From an uncultured Lachnospiraceae bacterium (GTDB taxonomy: Bacteria; Bacillota; Clostridia; Lachnospirales; Lachnospiraceae): a stretch of 64,000 nucleotides of DNA. The notes beneath the pieces were generated by a model that worked only from the letters and a program-made list of their open reading frames with translations, ran no database searches and was not told the DNA's origin. Location of the stretch: the NCBI GenBank assembly GCA_902786205.1, contig CADABQ010000002.1, forward strand, positions 108,586-172,585. Direction: 5' to 3'. This document shows positions 8,510 to 17,940 of this stretch, one piece after another; the stretch's first letter is position 1; each line of letters starts with the position of its first letter. The translations under genes were made by a program, and so were the position numbers.

Positions 8510-9664
8510 ATGGATGGAATGTTATCCCAAGAAGAAATTGAGGCATTACTAAAGGATGGCGATGGCCAGAAGAATGACACAGCTGAGATTGGTTTGACTG
8601 ATGTTGAAAAAGATGCAGTGGGAGAAATCTCCAATATATGTATGGGGAGTGCTGCAACAACATTATCAACATTGGTAAATGAAAAAGTTGTAATTACAAC
8701 GCCAGTGGTTTCACTTGTGACACTAAATGAGTTGTCTTCAAATTTTGGCAGACCATGTGTTTTTGTTCAAATAGCTTATATTGAAGGCTTAGACGGAAGT
8801 AATGTGTTAATTTTGGATGAGCGAGATGTTAAAGTAATCACCGATTTGATGATGGGTGGCGATGGAAGTAATGTTGCCGATGAACTTTCTGATTTGCATT
8901 TGAGTGCGATTAGTGAAGCAATGAATCAAATGATGGGTGCATCTTCGACATCATTATCATCAATGTTGGAACGCAAGGTTGATATTAGTCCACCAAAGGC
9001 AAGTTTGTTGGATTTGAGTGATAGCATACAAGATGAAATGACATCCTTTTTGGATGGCGAATTTGTAATGGTTTCTTTCAAAATGGAAATTGGTGATATT
9101 GTCGATAGTCAAATTATGCAATTATATTCAATTGATTTTGCAAAAGACTTATATCGTAAGTTTGTTGGGGAACAAGCTGAGGCAACAGCACCAGAGGAAC
9201 CTGTGGCAGCACCGGAACCAACTCCAGTACAACCACAGCAGACAGCGCCGCAACAAACAGCTAATGTTCAACAGGCACAACCGCAGCAGCAGGCAATGCC
9301 GCAAGGTGTACCAATGCAGGCAGGAATGCCACAAGGACAGCAGCCGCTATATGGTATGCCGGTTCCAGATGTTAATGTGCAACCTGTACAATTTCAACAA
9401 TTTAATCCGTCCATTGTTCCATTGAATCAACAAGAAAATATTGATTTAATTATGGATGTTCCTTTAGAGGTTACAGTTGAATTAGGAAGAACTAATAAAT
9501 CAATTAAAGAAATATTGGATTTTTCACCAGGAACTATTATTGAGTTAAATAAACTTGCGGGGGAACCGATTGATGTTCTGGTGAATGGAAAATTTGTGGC
9601 AAAAGGGGAAGTTGTTGTAATTGAGGAAAATTTTGGTGTTAAGGTCACTGAAATTATTAAATAA
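8510..9664 (+). CDS. fliY: Flagellar motor switch phosphatase FliY (CheC-like domain fused to FliN domain)
   Basis: LSQEEIEALL N-terminus. CheC-type motif DAVGEISNICMGSAATTLS. P/Q-rich linker. FliN/SpoA C-terminus PGTIIELNKLAGEPIDVLVNGKFVAKGEVVVIEENFGVKVTEI. Confidence 0.9.
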   Translation: MDGMLSQEEIEALLKDGDGQKNDTAEIGLTDVEKDAVGEISNICMGSAATTLSTLVNEKVVITTPVVSLVTLNELSSNFGRPCVFVQIAYIEGLDGSNVLILDERDVKVITDLMMGGDGSNVADELSDLHLSAISEAMNQMMGASSTSLSSMLERKVDISPPKASLLDLSDSIQDEMTSFLDGEFVMVSFKMEIGDIVDSQIMQLYSIDFAKDLYRKFVGEQAEATAPEEPVAAPEPTPVQPQQTAPQQTANVQQAQPQQQAMPQGVPMQAGMPQGQQPLYGMPVPDVNVQPVQFQQFNPSIVPLNQQENIDLIMDVPLEVTVELGRTNKSIKEILDFSPGTIIELNKLAGEPIDVLVNGKFVAKGEVVVIEENFGVKVTEIIK

Positions 9665-9686
9665 TAGAGGATAAGGAGAGAGTATT

Positions 9687-10049
9687 ATGGCTAAGAATGT
9701 TTTAATTTGTGATGATGCAGCTTTTATGAGAATGATGATTAAGGATATTTTAACAAAAAATGGTTACAATGTTGCGGGGGAGGCCGAAAATGGTTTGAAG
9801 GCTATTGAAAAATACAATGAGACAAAACCAGATTTGGTTATGATGGATATAACTATGCCTGAGATGGACGGCATTCAAGCATTGAAAAAAATCAAAGAAG
9901 CTGATCCAAATGCAACTGTTATTATGTGTTCTGCAATGGGACAGCAGGCAATGGTTATTGAGGCAATCCAATCTGGAGCAAAAGATTTTATTGTAAAACC
10001 ATTCCAGGCGGATAGAGTGTTAGAAGCAATTAAAAAAGTGGTGGGCTAA
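9687..10049 (+). CDS. cheY: Chemotaxis response regulator CheY
   Basis: 120-aa single REC domain: VLICDDAAFMRMM, DLVMMDITMPEMDG, AKDFIVKPF. Confidence 0.9.
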   Translation: MAKNVLICDDAAFMRMMIKDILTKNGYNVAGEAENGLKAIEKYNETKPDLVMMDITMPEMDGIQALKKIKEADPNATVIMCSAMGQQAMVIEAIQSGAKDFIVKPFQADRVLEAIKKVVG

Positions 10050-10051
10050 AT

Positions 10052-10438
10052 ATGTTTTATATTCTTTCGGTTATGAATAATTCATTTGAAAATTTTATGC
10101 AGTTTTTGTCACTTATTATTGTGTTTGTGTTATTACTGGTTGTAGCGTATTTTGTTACAAGATGGGTTGGCAATATGGGACAAAATCGATATGCAAATAA
10201 GAATATAAAAATAATTGAGGGAATTCGAATCGGTCCAAATAAAGTGATACAGATTATTAAAGTTGGGAAAAAATACTTTGTTGTTGGAATGGGAAAAGAC
10301 GAAATTTCCTACTTGGGTGAAGTGGAAGAAGAGGATTTGAACATTTCAGAAGAAAATACTGTGAAGCCTTTGCCAGACTTTAAAGAAATTCTGGCAAAGG
10401 CAAAACAGAAAGTATCTATAAATAAAAGTAAAAAGTAG
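10052..10438 (+). CDS. fliO: Flagellar export component FliO (FliZ in B. subtilis nomenclature)
   Basis: 128 aa with one TM (FLSLIIVFVLLLVVAYFVT). Lies between cheY and fliP, as in the B. subtilis fla/che operon. Positional call. Confidence 0.65.
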   Translation: MFYILSVMNNSFENFMQFLSLIIVFVLLLVVAYFVTRWVGNMGQNRYANKNIKIIEGIRIGPNKVIQIIKVGKKYFVVGMGKDEISYLGEVEEEDLNISEENTVKPLPDFKEILAKAKQKVSINKSKK

Positions 10439-10450
10439 AGGTTGGTAAGC

Positions 10451-11299
10451 ATGTTAAAAATGGTAAGAAGGCTAGGGAGAAGTTTGACTAGAATATTTGG
10501 ACTATTATTTTGCGTGTGTTCACTGACCTTTTTTTTCGTGCCTGAAAATCAAGTTCCGATAATACATGCAACGGAGGTAGATGAGATAGGTGGAAGTGGA
10601 AAAATAACGACTGGAAATGGTGACGATTTCAATTTAAGCATTTCGACAAATGATGGCAGTACATCCTTGTCAAGTACGTTGAAAATTTTAATTGTACTCA
10701 CAGTTATTTCTTTGGCGCCATCTATTTTAATACTAATGACATCATTTACAAGAATCTTGGTTGTTCTTCATTTTACAAGATCTGCTTTGGGTACACAGAC
10801 TACACCACCTAATCAGATTTTGATTGGTTTATCGCTTTTTTTAACTTTATTTATTATGGCACCTGTTTTTTCACAGGTAAATAAGGATGCGGTGCAACCG
10901 TTGTCTAAAGGAATGATAACACAGGAAGAAGCGTTCGAGAAGGGCATGGCACCAATGAGAGAATTCATGTTGAAACAAACAGATCGCAAGGATTTGAAGA
11001 TGTTTTTGGAGATTGGAAAAGTTTCAAAAGATAAATTGGATAATTCGGTGGATAATATTCCAACTACAGTGATTATTCCGGCATTTATTGTTAGTGAGCT
11101 TAGAAAAGCATTTATTATTGGTTTTTTAATATATTTACCATTTATTATCATAGACATGGTTGTGGCATCCACGCTTATGTCAATGGGTATGATGATGTTG
11201 CCACCTACGACAATATCTATGCCATTTAAGATTTTACTTTTTATTATGGCAGATGGTTGGGGATTGATAATTGGTGAACTTGTCAAATCATTTTACTGA
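10451..11299 (+). CDS. fliP: Flagellar type III export gate protein FliP
   Basis: Motif LILMTSFTRILVVLHFTRSALGTQTTPPNQILIGLSLFLTLFIMAPV. ATG at 10451 has GAGG 9 nt upstream. The track ORF begins at TTG 10442. Confidence 0.95.
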   Translation: MLKMVRRLGRSLTRIFGLLFCVCSLTFFFVPENQVPIIHATEVDEIGGSGKITTGNGDDFNLSISTNDGSTSLSSTLKILIVLTVISLAPSILILMTSFTRILVVLHFTRSALGTQTTPPNQILIGLSLFLTLFIMAPVFSQVNKDAVQPLSKGMITQEEAFEKGMAPMREFMLKQTDRKDLKMFLEIGKVSKDKLDNSVDNIPTTVIIPAFIVSELRKAFIIGFLIYLPFIIIDMVVASTLMSMGMMMLPPTTISMPFKILLFIMADGWGLIIGELVKSFY

Positions 11300-11328
11300 A
11301 AAAGGTAGATTAGATGAGATTTAATTTT

Positions 11329-11474
11329 TAACACGATTAAGAAAGTTCCTCATTTCTATTGTGTAGAGCAATAAGTGGTGTGGGGGAACCTGCCTGTATT
11401 CTTCCTGATATACTGCGATAGTAGCTAATCGTGTTATGAGCACAAGTAGCAGAGCGGATTGCGAATATCCGCTT
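11329..11474 (+). other. Multi-helix structured non-coding segment in the fliP-fliQ spacer
   Basis: Perfect 11-bp long-range helix 11329-11339/11426-11436 (TAACACGATTA/TAATCGTGTTA). It encloses a 7-bp helix 11345-11351/11383-11389 and a 5-bp hairpin 11357-11361/11369-11373. A further 8-bp hairpin follows: GAGCGGAT-TGCGAAT-ATCCGCTT (11452-11474). No RBS-preceded ORF. Confidence 0.4.
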
Positions 11475-11477
11475 GAC
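11413..11477 (+). repeat. Dispersed intergenic sequence block, copy A
   Basis: CTGCGATAGTAGCTAATCGTGTTATGAGCACAAGTAGCAGAGCGGATTGCGAATATCCGCTTGAC aligns with 45060-45113. The core TAGCAGAGCGGATTGCGAATAT is 20/22 identical, including a 13-nt exact run GGATTGCGAATAT. Confidence 0.6.
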
Positions 11478-11530
11478 TTAGAAGTCCTTATATAAGTGAA
11501 GCAAAATAAAAAAGAAAGAAGGAATATAAT

Positions 11531-11800
11531 ATGACAGAAGATGCTGTAGTGAACATTACCATGGCAACTGTATGGCTTATAGTAAAGGTATCAGCACCGA
11601 TGTTAGTGGTTTCTTTGGTTGTGGGTCTTTTGATTAGTATTTTTCAGACTGTAACATCAATACAGGAACAAACGCTTACCTTTGTGCCTAAATTTATAGC
11701 AATTTTGGTTACACTTGTTTTATGTGGCAATTGGATTATGAATTCCTTGGTTACATATATGACGCAACTATGTGAAAATTTTAGTGTTTATATTCGATAA
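11531..11800 (+). CDS. fliQ: Flagellar type III export gate protein FliQ
   Basis: 89 aa with two TM helices. Motif LVVGLLISIFQTVTSIQEQTLTFVPK. Confidence 0.9.
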   Translation: MTEDAVVNITMATVWLIVKVSAPMLVVSLVVGLLISIFQTVTSIQEQTLTFVPKFIAILVTLVLCGNWIMNSLVTYMTQLCENFSVYIR

Positions 11801-11831
11801 ACATAAAAAATAAAAAAGAGGTAGCGAAAAT

Positions 11832-12602
11832 ATGAATTTTACAATTGAAAATTTAGAGTTTTTTTTGCTGATTTTAGTTCGTATTTCGGGCTTTATATTT
11901 TCGGCTCCCTTTTTTAGTTTATCCAATATTCCAAAGCGAGTACAAGTGGGGCTGAGTGTTTTTATAGCAATTGTTTTATATGAGAGCTTAGAAAAAAACA
12001 CAGTAGTGTATAATGGTGTAATAGAATATGCAGAATTGGTAATTTTAGAATTTATGCTTGGACTTATCATGGGATTTATTATGAGTTGTTGCATATATAT
12101 ATTAAGTTTTTCAGGACAAATTATAGATATGGAAATTGGATTTTCTATGGTCAATGTTGTCAATCCAACCGCAAATATGTCAACAACGGTTACTGGAAAC
12201 TTATATACCTATTTTGTAATGTTGTTATTGTTGGCGACAGATTTATACAGGTATATTTTAAGAGCTATTCTTGATGCATTTTCCTATATCCCAGTTGGAA
12301 AAGTAACATTTCACGTTAATCTTTATTTGGTCATGGTTACCTTGATAAAAGATTATTTTATTTTAGGTTTTAGAATTGTATTACCGATATTTGGTGCAAC
12401 GCTAATGGTAAATGTTGTATTAGGTGTTTTAGCGAAAGTGGCACCGCAGATGAATATGTTTGTTATAGGAATGCAGTTGAAAGTATTTGTTGGATTGATT
12501 TTACTTGCTATTGCTGCAAAATATATTCCAACTGTGGCAGACTTATTATATGATGAAATGAAATTACTGGTAAATGATGTGATAAAGGCTATGTCGCCAT
12601 AA
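11832..12602 (+). CDS. fliR: Flagellar type III export gate protein FliR
   Basis: 256-aa polytopic membrane protein between fliQ and flhB. The N-terminus (LEFFLLILVRISGFIFSAPFF) is typical of FliR. Confidence 0.85.
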   Translation: MNFTIENLEFFLLILVRISGFIFSAPFFSLSNIPKRVQVGLSVFIAIVLYESLEKNTVVYNGVIEYAELVILEFMLGLIMGFIMSCCIYILSFSGQIIDMEIGFSMVNVVNPTANMSTTVTGNLYTYFVMLLLLATDLYRYILRAILDAFSYIPVGKVTFHVNLYLVMVTLIKDYFILGFRIVLPIFGATLMVNVVLGVLAKVAPQMNMFVIGMQLKVFVGLILLAIAAKYIPTVADLLYDEMKLLVNDVIKAMSP

Positions 12603-12639
12603 AACAGAGGACTAGAGAGAAGATAGGATAAATAAAGAT

Positions 12640-13743
12640 ATGTATATGAAATATAATCTGCAATTATTTGCCAAAGATGGTCCTGGAGGAGAGAAAACAG
12701 AAGAAGCAACCCCTAAAAAATTGCAAGATGCAAGAAAAGAAGGACAGGTTGCAAAAAGTGCAGATTTGATAACGGCATTTATGTTGTTGGGATTGTTTTT
12801 CGGTTTGAAAATATTTATTGGTTTTATGGGTACAAAATTTATACTTGCGTTTCATTCTATTTACGGAAGTATAAGTACAATTCTTTCTGATGAAGTAACA
12901 CAAAATACTTGGGTGAGTATATTACGTGATGTAATCATTCAAATTGTGATTATAAGCGCACCCATTTTATTGATTGCACTTGTAGTTGCATTTGTTTTTA
13001 ATGTTGCTCAGGTAAAATGGCAGGTTACTGGAAAACCATTGAAACCCAAATTTGATAAATTTAACCCTATAAAGGGAATGAAAAGGTTGTTTTCAAAAGA
13101 TAAGATAATGGAGTTATTAAAATCTATTGCAAAAGTCTGTGTCTTATCTTATGTTGTATATGATGAATTAAAGGGAAAATACTCCCTTTTATTTGAGTTT
13201 TATTTATTTACTATTCCAAGGGCGATATCTGTAATTGGAGGTATTATAATAAATCTTGGAATTAAGATATCTGCTTGCTTTTTAATTATTGCTTTTGCAG
13301 ATTATATCTATCAGAAGCGTAAATTTGCAGAAGATATGAAAATGACAAAGCAGGAATTAAAAGATGAGTTTAAAAACTCAGAAGGAGACCCACAAATTAA
13401 AGGAAAGATTAAAGCTCGTATGCGTGAAGCTTCACAAAGAAGAATGATGCAGGAACTACCAAATGCAGATGTTGTCATTACTAACCCAACGCATTTGGCG
13501 GTTGCTTTAAAATATGATAGAGCTTCATCTTCTGCGCCAGTTGTGATTGCAAAAGGTGCAGATTATCTTGCAGAAAAAATTAAATCAGTAGCAAGAGAAA
13601 ATCAGATTGAAATAGTGGAAAATAAACCTGTAGCTCGAATGCTATATTACAATGTTGAGCTAGAGCAGGAAATACCGGCTGAACTATATCAGGCAGTTGC
13701 AGAAATTTTAGCATATGTATATGGATTGAAAAATCAAACATAG
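12640..13743 (+). CDS. flhB: Flagellar export switch protein FlhB
   Basis: N-terminal LQLFA..EKTEEATPKKLQDARKEGQVAKS. NPTH autocleavage site (VVITNPTHLAVAL). Confidence 0.95.
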   Translation: MYMKYNLQLFAKDGPGGEKTEEATPKKLQDARKEGQVAKSADLITAFMLLGLFFGLKIFIGFMGTKFILAFHSIYGSISTILSDEVTQNTWVSILRDVIIQIVIISAPILLIALVVAFVFNVAQVKWQVTGKPLKPKFDKFNPIKGMKRLFSKDKIMELLKSIAKVCVLSYVVYDELKGKYSLLFEFYLFTIPRAISVIGGIIINLGIKISACFLIIAFADYIYQKRKFAEDMKMTKQELKDEFKNSEGDPQIKGKIKARMREASQRRMMQELPNADVVITNPTHLAVALKYDRASSSAPVVIAKGADYLAEKIKSVARENQIEIVENKPVARMLYYNVELEQEIPAELYQAVAEILAYVYGLKNQT

Positions 13744-13786
13744 CGTTTTTACTTTATAGACCAGGCTGAGAAGGAGGAAAACTTGT

Positions 13787-15820
13787 ATGAAGAAAGCAGA
13801 TTTAGTATTAGGTATATATTTACTTGCTGCGATAATCTTTTTTATTGTGCCAATTCCATCCATTTTGTTGGATGCATTACTCGCATTGAATATTGGTATT
13901 GCATTGAGTATTTTGTTTAATGCTCTATTTTCTAGAGAAGCACTTAGTATGTCAAGCTTTCCAACTCTATTGTTATTTACAACTATATTTCGAATTTCTT
14001 TAAACGTTTCTTCGACCAAATTGATTTTATCAAAAGGTGACGCTGGAAATGTAGTAAATACATTTGGAAATTTTGTTGGTGGAGGTAATTTGGTCATTGG
14101 AATGATTGTATTTGCTATTTTAATTTTAGTGCAGTTTATGGTTATCAATAAAGGATCGGAGCGTGTAGCTGAAGTATCTGCACGATTTACATTAGATGCC
14201 ATGCCTGGTAAACAGATGGCGATTGATGCAGATTTGAATACAGGTGCAATTACGGATGAAGAGGCAAAGGCAAAAAGACAGAAAATTCAGGATGAGGCAA
14301 GTTTCTTTGGAGCAATGGACGGTGCTACCAAGTATGTAAAGGGAGATGCTGTTGCAGGTCTGATTATCACATTTGTAAACTTTATTGGTGGCTTGATTAC
14401 TGGAATGATAATGCAGGGAATGAGTGTTAATGATGCTGTATCAAAATATACGATATTGACAATTGGTGATGGCTTATGTAGTCAGATACCATCTCTTTTA
14501 ATATCACTGTCTACAGGTATATTGGTAACAAAGGTATCAAAGGAAGCAGATATTGCGGATGTACTGATTGAACAGTTGTTTTCAATTCCAAAGGTGTTAT
14601 ATATCGTAGGAGGCAGTATGTGCTTCCTTGCAGTTGTAACACCATTATCTACCCCAATATTTTTAGCTTATGGAGCTGCCTTTTTGGCTGCCGGCTATTC
14701 TATTCAAGGAAAGGTTGGTCAGAAGGAAATAGAAGAGGAAGTTAATGCGGACGAAGAGGAGGCAGAGGAAATACGTCGACCGGAGAATGTCGTTTCACTT
14801 TTACAGGTGGATCCAATCGAGTTGGAATTTGGATATGGTATTATTCCTTTAGCGGATGTAAATCAGGGTGGAGATTTATTGGATCGAGTGGTTATGATTC
14901 GACGACAAATTGCATTGGAATTAGGGTGCGTTGTTCCTATGATCCGTTTGCGAGATAATATCCAGCTTAATCCAAATCAATATGTGATAAAAATAAAAGG
15001 AGTACCGGTAAGCGAAGGAGAGATATTATTTGACCATTATATGGCAATGAATCCCGGATATGTGGAGGAAGAAATCACTGGTATACCAACATTTGAACCG
15101 TCTTTTCATCTTCCAGCTATTTGGATTACGGAAAGTCAGAGAGAGCGTGCAGAATCAATGGGATATACGGTTGTAGATCCACCTTCTATCATAGCTACAC
15201 ATCTTACAGAAGTAATACGTAGTCACTTGGATGAATTGTTAACACGACAGGATGTACAAAACTTGATTGACAATGTACAGGAAGCAAATAGTACATTGAT
15301 TGCTGAATTAGTACCTAAATTACTTGGCGTTGGAGAAATTCAAAAAGTATTACAGAATTTATTACGGGAGGGAATTTCTATTCGTGATTTAATTACGATT
15401 TTTGAAACTCTGGCAGATTATGCGCCTACAACGCGCGATACGGATGTTTTAACGGAATATGCAAGACAGAATCTAAAACGTGCAATTTCAAATAAATATT
15501 TCCCTGTTAATGAGACGACAAGTGTTGTTACTTTGGATCCGAAGGTGGAACAGGAAATTATGAATTCTGTTAAACAGACAGAACAGGGAGCGTATTTAGC
15601 ACTTGATCCTGAGACAAAGCAATCCATTATAAATGCATTACAGACAGAAGTGACAAAATTGGAGGATTTAGGAAAAAATCCGATTGTAATAACATCTCCA
15701 ATTGTTCGTATGTATTTTAAAAAGTTAACAGAAGAATATTTTAAAGAGTTGATTGTTGTTTCTTATAATGAAATAGAAGCGAACGTTGAATTACAATCAG
15801 TTGGGATGGTGACAGTATAA
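13787..15820 (+). CDS. flhA: Flagellar export apparatus protein FlhA
   Basis: 677 aa. Motifs FPTLLLFTTIFRISLNVSSTKLIL and GNFVGGGNLVIGMIVF, followed by a large cytoplasmic C-domain. Confidence 0.95.
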   Translation: MKKADLVLGIYLLAAIIFFIVPIPSILLDALLALNIGIALSILFNALFSREALSMSSFPTLLLFTTIFRISLNVSSTKLILSKGDAGNVVNTFGNFVGGGNLVIGMIVFAILILVQFMVINKGSERVAEVSARFTLDAMPGKQMAIDADLNTGAITDEEAKAKRQKIQDEASFFGAMDGATKYVKGDAVAGLIITFVNFIGGLITGMIMQGMSVNDAVSKYTILTIGDGLCSQIPSLLISLSTGILVTKVSKEADIADVLIEQLFSIPKVLYIVGGSMCFLAVVTPLSTPIFLAYGAAFLAAGYSIQGKVGQKEIEEEVNADEEEAEEIRRPENVVSLLQVDPIELEFGYGIIPLADVNQGGDLLDRVVMIRRQIALELGCVVPMIRLRDNIQLNPNQYVIKIKGVPVSEGEILFDHYMAMNPGYVEEEITGIPTFEPSFHLPAIWITESQRERAESMGYTVVDPPSIIATHLTEVIRSHLDELLTRQDVQNLIDNVQEANSTLIAELVPKLLGVGEIQKVLQNLLREGISIRDLITIFETLADYAPTTRDTDVLTEYARQNLKRAISNKYFPVNETTSVVTLDPKVEQEIMNSVKQTEQGAYLALDPETKQSIINALQTEVTKLEDLGKNPIVITSPIVRMYFKKLTEEYFKELIVVSYNEIEANVELQSVGMVTV

Positions 15821-17028
15821 TGGTTATTAAAAAGTTTCAAGCAAAAACAGAAGAAGAGGCAATATTACTTGCAAAAAATGAACTTGGAAAAAATGCTACT
15901 GTGATGAATATAAAAACAGTAAAACCAAAAGGCATACAAAAAGTTTTTAAAAAGGCAAGTGTTGAGGTGACAGCTGCAATAGATGAGGAAAAGGATTATT
16001 CTAATGGGGAAGAAATGCTTCTAAAAATGCAGGAAATACAACGCAATATACAAGAAGCACAACGTATGGATAATGAAAAACAACAGGAAAATATACTTGT
16101 AGATGAAAATACGATGACGATAGAAAATAAGCTTGATAGTTTACAGCAAATGTTGGAGAAGCAGATGCAGATAGAGGAAAAAGAGGATAAACTTGAAAAA
16201 AAAGAAGAGCCGCTAGAAAAGAACACAGTGAAAAGTAAATCTGAGGCTTGTATTCATTTAGTGCGAGAGCAGTTAGTGAATAATGAAGTAGAGGATAGAT
16301 ATGCGGATAGTATATTAGATGAGATAAAGAATACAATCCGGAAGGATACGGAAATTGATCAAATATTAGCTACAATTTATCAAAAAATTGTATTGAAATT
16401 AGGTAAGACAAATTTAATTGAAAACAATAGCGGAGAAACAAATTATATATTTTTTGTTGGTCCTACGGGTGTGGGAAAAACAACTACTATTGCAAAAATT
16501 GCATCTGATTTGAAATTAAGAAAAAAGGCAAAGATTGCATTGATTACATCAGATACCTATCGAATAGCAGCGGTGGAACAACTTCGTACATATGCTAATA
16601 TTTTAGGGGTTCCGTTAAAGGTTGTTTATTCAGAGGAAGAAATGAAAAATGCTAAGGATGAATTTGCAGAATATGATATTGTGCTCATTGATACAGCAGG
16701 TAGATCACATAAAAATATAGAGCAAACAGAGGATATGGAGCGACTATTAAATGCCATTCCGAAAGAAAGAAGGAAAATATATCTTGTGTTGAGTGCAACA
16801 ACGAAATATAAGGATCTTGTTAAGATTACAGAAACATATTCTAAGATTGCAAAATACAATCTGATTTTTACGAAACTTGACGAGACATGCTGTATAGGAA
16901 ACATATTGAATATAAAAATGCTTACGGGAGCTGCATTGTCGTATTCAACGTCGGGACAGATGGTTCCAGATGATATTGAAGCAATTAACCCACAAAAAAT
17001 CGCAAAGCAGTTGTTGGGAGGTCAGTAA
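15820..17028 (+). CDS. flhF: Flagellar SRP-type GTPase FlhF
   Basis: G motifs FVGPTGVGKTTTIAKIA, DTAGRS, TKLDE. The start overlaps the flhA stop by 1 nt. Confidence 0.9.
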   Translation: MVIKKFQAKTEEEAILLAKNELGKNATVMNIKTVKPKGIQKVFKKASVEVTAAIDEEKDYSNGEEMLLKMQEIQRNIQEAQRMDNEKQQENILVDENTMTIENKLDSLQQMLEKQMQIEEKEDKLEKKEEPLEKNTVKSKSEACIHLVREQLVNNEVEDRYADSILDEIKNTIRKDTEIDQILATIYQKIVLKLGKTNLIENNSGETNYIFFVGPTGVGKTTTIAKIASDLKLRKKAKIALITSDTYRIAAVEQLRTYANILGVPLKVVYSEEEMKNAKDEFAEYDIVLIDTAGRSHKNIEQTEDMERLLNAIPKERRKIYLVLSATTKYKDLVKITETYSKIAKYNLIFTKLDETCCIGNILNIKMLTGAALSYSTSGQMVPDDIEAINPQKIAKQLLGGQ

Positions 17029-17031
17029 TAT

Positions 17032-17913
17032 ATGGACCAAGCAGAACAGTTAAGGAATGTTATTAAGGCAAGAAATGCTGTTTCCCATGTTTCGCGTGTT
17101 ATTACAGTTACTAGTGGAAAAGGAGGTGTTGGAAAGACAAGTCTTTCCATGAACCTGGCGTTGCAATTGCATAGACAAGGGAAAAAAGTTGTAATTCTGG
17201 ATGCAGATTTTGGTTTAGCAAATATAGAGATTATGATGGGGGTGCATCCGACTTCAAATTTAGCAGATTTGATGTTTCAAGGAAAAAAATTACAGGATGT
17301 GATTGTTACTGGACCAGAGGGTATCGGATTTATATCAGGTGGTTCCGGGATAAAAGAACTTGCCAGTATGACAAGAGAGCAGATTTTTTATGTGATGCAA
17401 TCGTTGGCGGATTTAGATAATATTGCCGATATTATTATTGTTGATACTGGTGCAGGAATTACGGATTCAGTGTTAGATTTTGCCGCAGCAAGTGAAGAAA
17501 TTTTGTTAGTAGTTACACCGGAACCTACTTCAATAACTGATGCTTATGCATTGTTGAAAGCGTTAAATCATACACCAGAGTTTCAAACATCTAATACAGT
17601 AATACGATTAGTGGCTAATCGTGTGAAAAATAATCGAGAAGGGCAAGAAATTTTTGATAAAGTAAGCATGGTTGCAGAACGCTTTTTGAATATTAAAATA
17701 GAATATCTGGGAAATATATGTGATGATGAATGTGTATCAAAAGCAATCATACAGCAAAAACCGTTGCTAATGTCCTATCCAAATTCAGTTGCTGCAAAGT
17801 CAATTGTACAGTTTTCAAAAGAATTAGATCATATAGAAATATGTACGAAAGAAAAAGGGAAGGGAATCAAAACGTTTTTTACCACTTTAATCCATGCAAA
17901 AATGAAAAAGTAA
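17032..17913 (+). CDS. flhG: MinD/ParA-type ATPase FlhG (YlxH/FleN)
   Basis: Deviant Walker A VTSGKGGVGKTSLSMNLA. Directly downstream of flhF. Confidence 0.85.
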   Translation: MDQAEQLRNVIKARNAVSHVSRVITVTSGKGGVGKTSLSMNLALQLHRQGKKVVILDADFGLANIEIMMGVHPTSNLADLMFQGKKLQDVIVTGPEGIGFISGGSGIKELASMTREQIFYVMQSLADLDNIADIIIVDTGAGITDSVLDFAAASEEILLVVTPEPTSITDAYALLKALNHTPEFQTSNTVIRLVANRVKNNREGQEIFDKVSMVAERFLNIKIEYLGNICDDECVSKAIIQQKPLLMSYPNSVAAKSIVQFSKELDHIEICTKEKGKGIKTFFTTLIHAKMKK

Positions 17914-17940
17914 TTGTTTATTTGTACGAAGGAGGTAAGT

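Noticed and set aside
9090-9425. 111-aa alternative-frame + strand ORF inside fliY, and its minus-strand partner at 9149-9334.
   Set aside because: It lies in the CAG/CCG-rich P/Q linker of FliY, where all frames stay open. The FliY frame is continuous from the CheC-like domain into the FliN domain.
11452-11474. The hairpin GCGGAT-TGCGAAT-ATCCGC looked like a tRNA anticodon arm or a tRNA fragment.
   Set aside because: The 7-nt loop lacks U33 (it has G at that position). No acceptor, D or T arms can be drawn from the flanks. The hairpin is not preserved in the homologous copy at 45090-45110.
11440-11477. Reading the repeated block as an alternative-sigma promoter: sigma-28 TAAA-N15-GCCGATAT, sigma-54 TGGCAC-N5-TTGC, or SigH ..GAAT.
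   Set aside because: GCGAATAT matches GCCGATAT only 6/8, and the -35 position reads ACAA/CAAA with spacing that varies from 13 to 15 between copies. The sigma-54 reading has AG instead of the invariant GG and the wrong spacing. No AGGA-type SigH -35 is present at the right distance.
11436-11495. 19-codon ORF (MSTSSRADCEYPLDLEVLI) in the fliP-fliQ spacer, and an 18-codon minus-strand ORF (MKHFLFCQIYSQSTLLFA, 45076-45132) in the second repeat copy.
   Set aside because: Neither has a Shine-Dalgarno sequence. The two repeat copies do not preserve a common reading frame, and the ORFs are on opposite strands. The conservation is therefore at the nucleotide level, not the protein level.
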